This document shows, piece by piece, positions 60,551 to 64,000 of a stretch of 64,000 nucleotides of DNA. Source of the DNA: Raillietiella orientalis (lineage: Eukaryota). The DNA is taken from the NCBI GenBank assembly GCA_036172245.1, contig JAYWIR010000015.1, forward strand, positions 3,162,001 to 3,226,000, given 5' to 3'. The notes under the pieces were generated by a model. It was not told where the DNA came from, did not search any database, and saw nothing but the letters and a program-made list of their open reading frames with translations. A program made the translations under genes and the position numbers. Position 1 is the stretch's first letter; each line of letters starts with the position of its first letter.

Positions 60551-61699
60551 GACGAGTGTCATAATTCCTTTGTGCTTGTCAGGGGTACCCGACGTGCTGT
60601 TTACCGCGCCCGAATTTATAGGGTTGGAAGATGGCGCTCGAGGCAGAGATAAACTTTACCCCGTTTCCCGGGAGAAATTCATTACGTGTCCGTCCAATTA
60701 GACGCGCGGCCATCGCGAGGCCGAGGCCGTATCTCTTTCGTACTCGCCATTCAATTAAATCTGTCTTTGGGTCTTCCTGGGACTGGGCGCGTAAATTTCT
60801 CCCCGACGGCGGGCGGACGGACCGAGGCGCGCGGGCCTTCCGCCGTCTCATCCGAAAGCTTAAATCACCCGGCGTGTTGCCAGGGGTCTCTCGCGGCCCC
60901 ACTGAAATCCGTCTGCCGCCCTGCGATACCTGGTGGAGCTCTGGAGAATTTTCCGGGGCTGCTGAAGGATGGGCGGCAGCCTCAAGCGTTTTTCCTCCCC
61001 TTCCCTTCCTGAGGAGAAATCGAACAGCGAGCAGGAGACCGACTGTCTTCCCTCGGGGTGGAAGAGACGAGGCAGCCGAATTATCTTCGGAGGTTCCATG
61101 TCTCCTTCCTCCGGACAGGGGCAAGTCACACGGGAAAACCTCGTTGGCTCTTGGGGAGTTTGCTCTTCCACTCTCGCTGTCGCTACTGCCATTGCGCGGG
61201 AGGCCTTAGAAAAAAAGCGCCAGAGAGGAACTGCGGCTCCCGCGCATGCAAACCGGGCGCCATCACGCGGGAGGGTTCGTTTCCCGTGGCGATGAGGACA
61301 GATGCCGCCTCTAGCTCTCCGCGAGAGGCGCTCGTGGCGGTAAATCACGGGAGCGCGGCATCGCCGCCGCCTGAGACGGCGGCCGCGCTCCTCTCGGAAC
61401 CGCTCCCTCGGGATGAACCCGCTTTCTAGAGGAAACTGGCGCGAACTGCAGCTCCGCCTCTGGCGGCTGGCTTGGAAACCAAACCTCTCCCTCAAACTCG
61501 CCGCTTTCCGCGCAAAGGAAAGGGTGGGTGCCCGCGAAAGATCGTCAGGGGAGGATGCCGGCCTACTCCGCGATGGATGCGTCGCCCACAGTGTGAGGTC
61601 TGCAGGGACCTTCCTGGGGGGGATGCGAGGCACAGGAGAAGGAGCACGCCTGGGTTGTTTCGGTAGCCGAGATGGCAAAAGGAACGCTTCCTGAGGGAA

Positions 61700-63250
61700 A
61701 GGGAGGGAGGGGAAGAGGAAGGATTAAAACGTCCTTCCCCCTTCTCCCACCTGTCTGCCTGGTTTCCAGCCTCTCCTCTCTCCCGAGCTCTATCCCTTCC
61801 CTCTTTGTTTCCCCTATGGCGCTTCGAGAGCGAACCCAGGGGGAGGGAAGGGCTCTGGAGGCTTCTGAGAGCCCTGCACCAGGAAGGTCCCCGTCCGCAT
61901 GGGGTCTCTCCTCCCCCTCGTTCCTTCGCCTCTCTTGTGGGGTCAGCAGCGAAGATTTTTCGCGTCCACGAGGTCCTTCGAGGATCCCTGCCTCTCGGAC
62001 TGGGTACTCTATTCAAGCCAAAGGGATCTCGGGACGTTAGCTGGAGGAGGAGCGGGATCCCTGGATTCGTCCCGTGCTTGGAGGGAGGGGGAGAGGAGGG
62101 TCGAGAGGCGTCTGCCCGGGAGTGTTTCCTTTCCTCCTCTTCCGGACGGTCGAGGAATTCCGTTCGAGAACTCCGATCACCGGCTCCTCCTCCTCCTCGC
62201 GGAGGCGCCTTGTTCCAGGGGACCTCGAAGGATTAAGGAGAGCTGCCCAGAAAGAGGGGTGGAGGCTATTGTTGTCTCTCGCTCTCGATGGTCCCGTAAG
62301 AGCCAGAGAACGGAGGTCCTACCGGGTTCTCCTCTGTCCCTGAGGGCGGCAGGTCGGGAGGTGCGAGGCTAGGGTGGAGGATTCCGGCCTCACTGTTTGA
62401 GTCGAATTCCTCCCATCGCTTCCTCACTTCTTGCCTTCCGCCTGTGACTGGCCCCACTCCCATGTGCTCACTGAGGGCGCCTCTTCCTTCCCCCATTCCC
62501 CCACAGGCACCTACACTGCGAATGGAACTCCTTGAGGTCAGTGGGGACCGCTCTCGGGTTCCAAGAGGGACGGAGGGGAAAAGGAGGAAGGGGGAGGTAC
62601 CACGCCTGGCGATACCCCCCTCCTGTGGTTTCCCCCATTGGACTGGGCGTCCGAGCAAGGAAAAAAGGGGACGAAGATGAAGTAGAAGGACAGGAGGGGG
62701 GATGAAGGGGATCGTCTTTCCAGGAAGGATGAGTGGAAGGAAGTCTGGAATATCCCTTTCCTTCTCATCCGGACAGAGGGCATATGCTGGCGGCTTCCCT
62801 GGAGGAGGAGACAGGCAGGTGACCACGTTTCCGTAGGGCATCGTAGGTTCACCACCCCTCTGCTGGGAGATGGAGGCTCTTTGGAGGAGAAGGAAGCGTC
62901 CAGAGGAGGGGGAGGGGAGTCGCATGCATGGTGGGGCGGAAATTAGTCTCAGAGGTGGTCGTTTCTTCCTCGTAGTGGCCATCAGGCGACGCCTCATTCT
63001 GGAGGAGAGCCGAAGGAGGGTGGACTGGGAGAATCACCCTCGACTCCGCGAAAGAAAGGGGAGGGAAGTGAAGGAGAGTCGGGAGGGAGTCATTAGTCTC
63101 GGAGCCGCTGGCTCTGTTCCGAGAGCCGCAGGAGGGAAGTCTTCCGTGTCGGGAAAAGTGGCGGGACGGAAGAAGCGAGGAGGCGGGCCCAGTGCCCGCC
63201 CCACTCGGCTTGCTGCACGAGGATACCCCTTGCGGAAGGAGAGCTAATTC
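61700..63250 (-). mobile_element. Decayed L1/Tx1-like RT fragment
   Basis: QWGKPQEGGIARRGTSPFLLFPSVPL resembles G.RQGCPLSP.LF....PL. Many frameshifts. Confidence 0.35.
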
Positions 63251-64000
63251 CCTTCGTTTCTGGGAGTTCGGTCAGTCTTCTCCACAGGTACGGGTCAGGC
63301 TTTAGGACCCCTTCATTTGCTGTGACAAGCTGCAAGACTGTCCGCCCTATCCCTTGCCGCCCGCGTGGTCGAGAGGCGGGGAATGTCCCCAAGGGCATGC
63401 CGGTCACCCGTGGACGTCACCTTTGACCGTTCGGCCAAACGCGGTTCCTCGGCGAGCGCTGCCGAACGGCCCACCGCCTCAAGCTGATCGCTCAGGCGCT
63501 GCCTTTGGACGGACTCACGAAGAGCGAGATCTCTCAAGAACGCGTGACGTCATCCGAGGAGGAAGCGTCCGTGTGCGCGTGCTGCGCGCGGGCGGACGTC
63601 AGACTTCGAGCAGGAAACTCCTGGGTTGTTTTTTTGTTTTGGTGCTTTTCCGCTTTTGATTCGTCCCTCGGGGACGAAAGGGAAGCAAGGAAAAAACAAA
63701 AAGGGTAAAAAACAAAAACAAAATGGCGTCCAGGACCGCTTCCGGTGGCTCCCGTGGTTTCCATTTTATTGCGCGTTTTCGCTGCAAGGAGCGCGGGGAA
63801 CCCTTTGATGCCCCGCGCCTCCCGCGAGATCGGGGGCGACGCCTCGGTTGCGGGCGGTCGGGCGGTTTTCCCCTTCCTGACCCCTTCCCAGGCGCTACTG
63901 AAGGAAACTGTCCCCGTTCAGGGGAGCCCTTCTAAGACGCGCTGCCTGCCTGTCATCGTCATGGCGTCGGCGTCGGCGTCGGCGGCACGATCAAGCGCCC

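Noticed and set aside
33434..63935. Numerous 100-300 aa overlapping ORFs
   Set aside because: R/S/P/G-rich, present in all six frames and expected at high GC. No homeobox or other cellular domain, and no consistent exon structure.

Overview
Eukaryotic (metazoan, probably arthropod) genomic DNA with two very different halves. Positions 1-~29.6 kb are AT-rich and CpG-poor and hold five housekeeping genes: intronless GFOD1 (+), 18-exon DHX38/PRP16 (-), 5-exon UTP23 (+), intronless NAXD/CARKD (+) and 7-exon RAE1 (-). Most introns are only 37-60 nt. GFOD1 and DHX38 are convergent, with 43 bp between their stop codons. NAXD starts 42 bp after the UTP23 stop, behind an orphan splice acceptor, an operon-like or shared-leader arrangement. 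A young 5'-truncated L1/Tx1-type LINE with a 16-bp target-site duplication lies at 23940-25400. From ~31 kb to the end the DNA is GC- and CpG-rich, and I can recognise no cellular gene. It consists mainly of heavily decayed L1/Tx1 ORF2 fragments, a tRNA-derived SINE-like element, simple repeats, and short AT-rich islands enriched in TGATTTAT (Exd/Pbx-Hox-type) motifs, which suggests a developmental regulatory landscape. Gene calls rest on my recall of protein families, not on a database search. Fossil TE boundaries are approximate.
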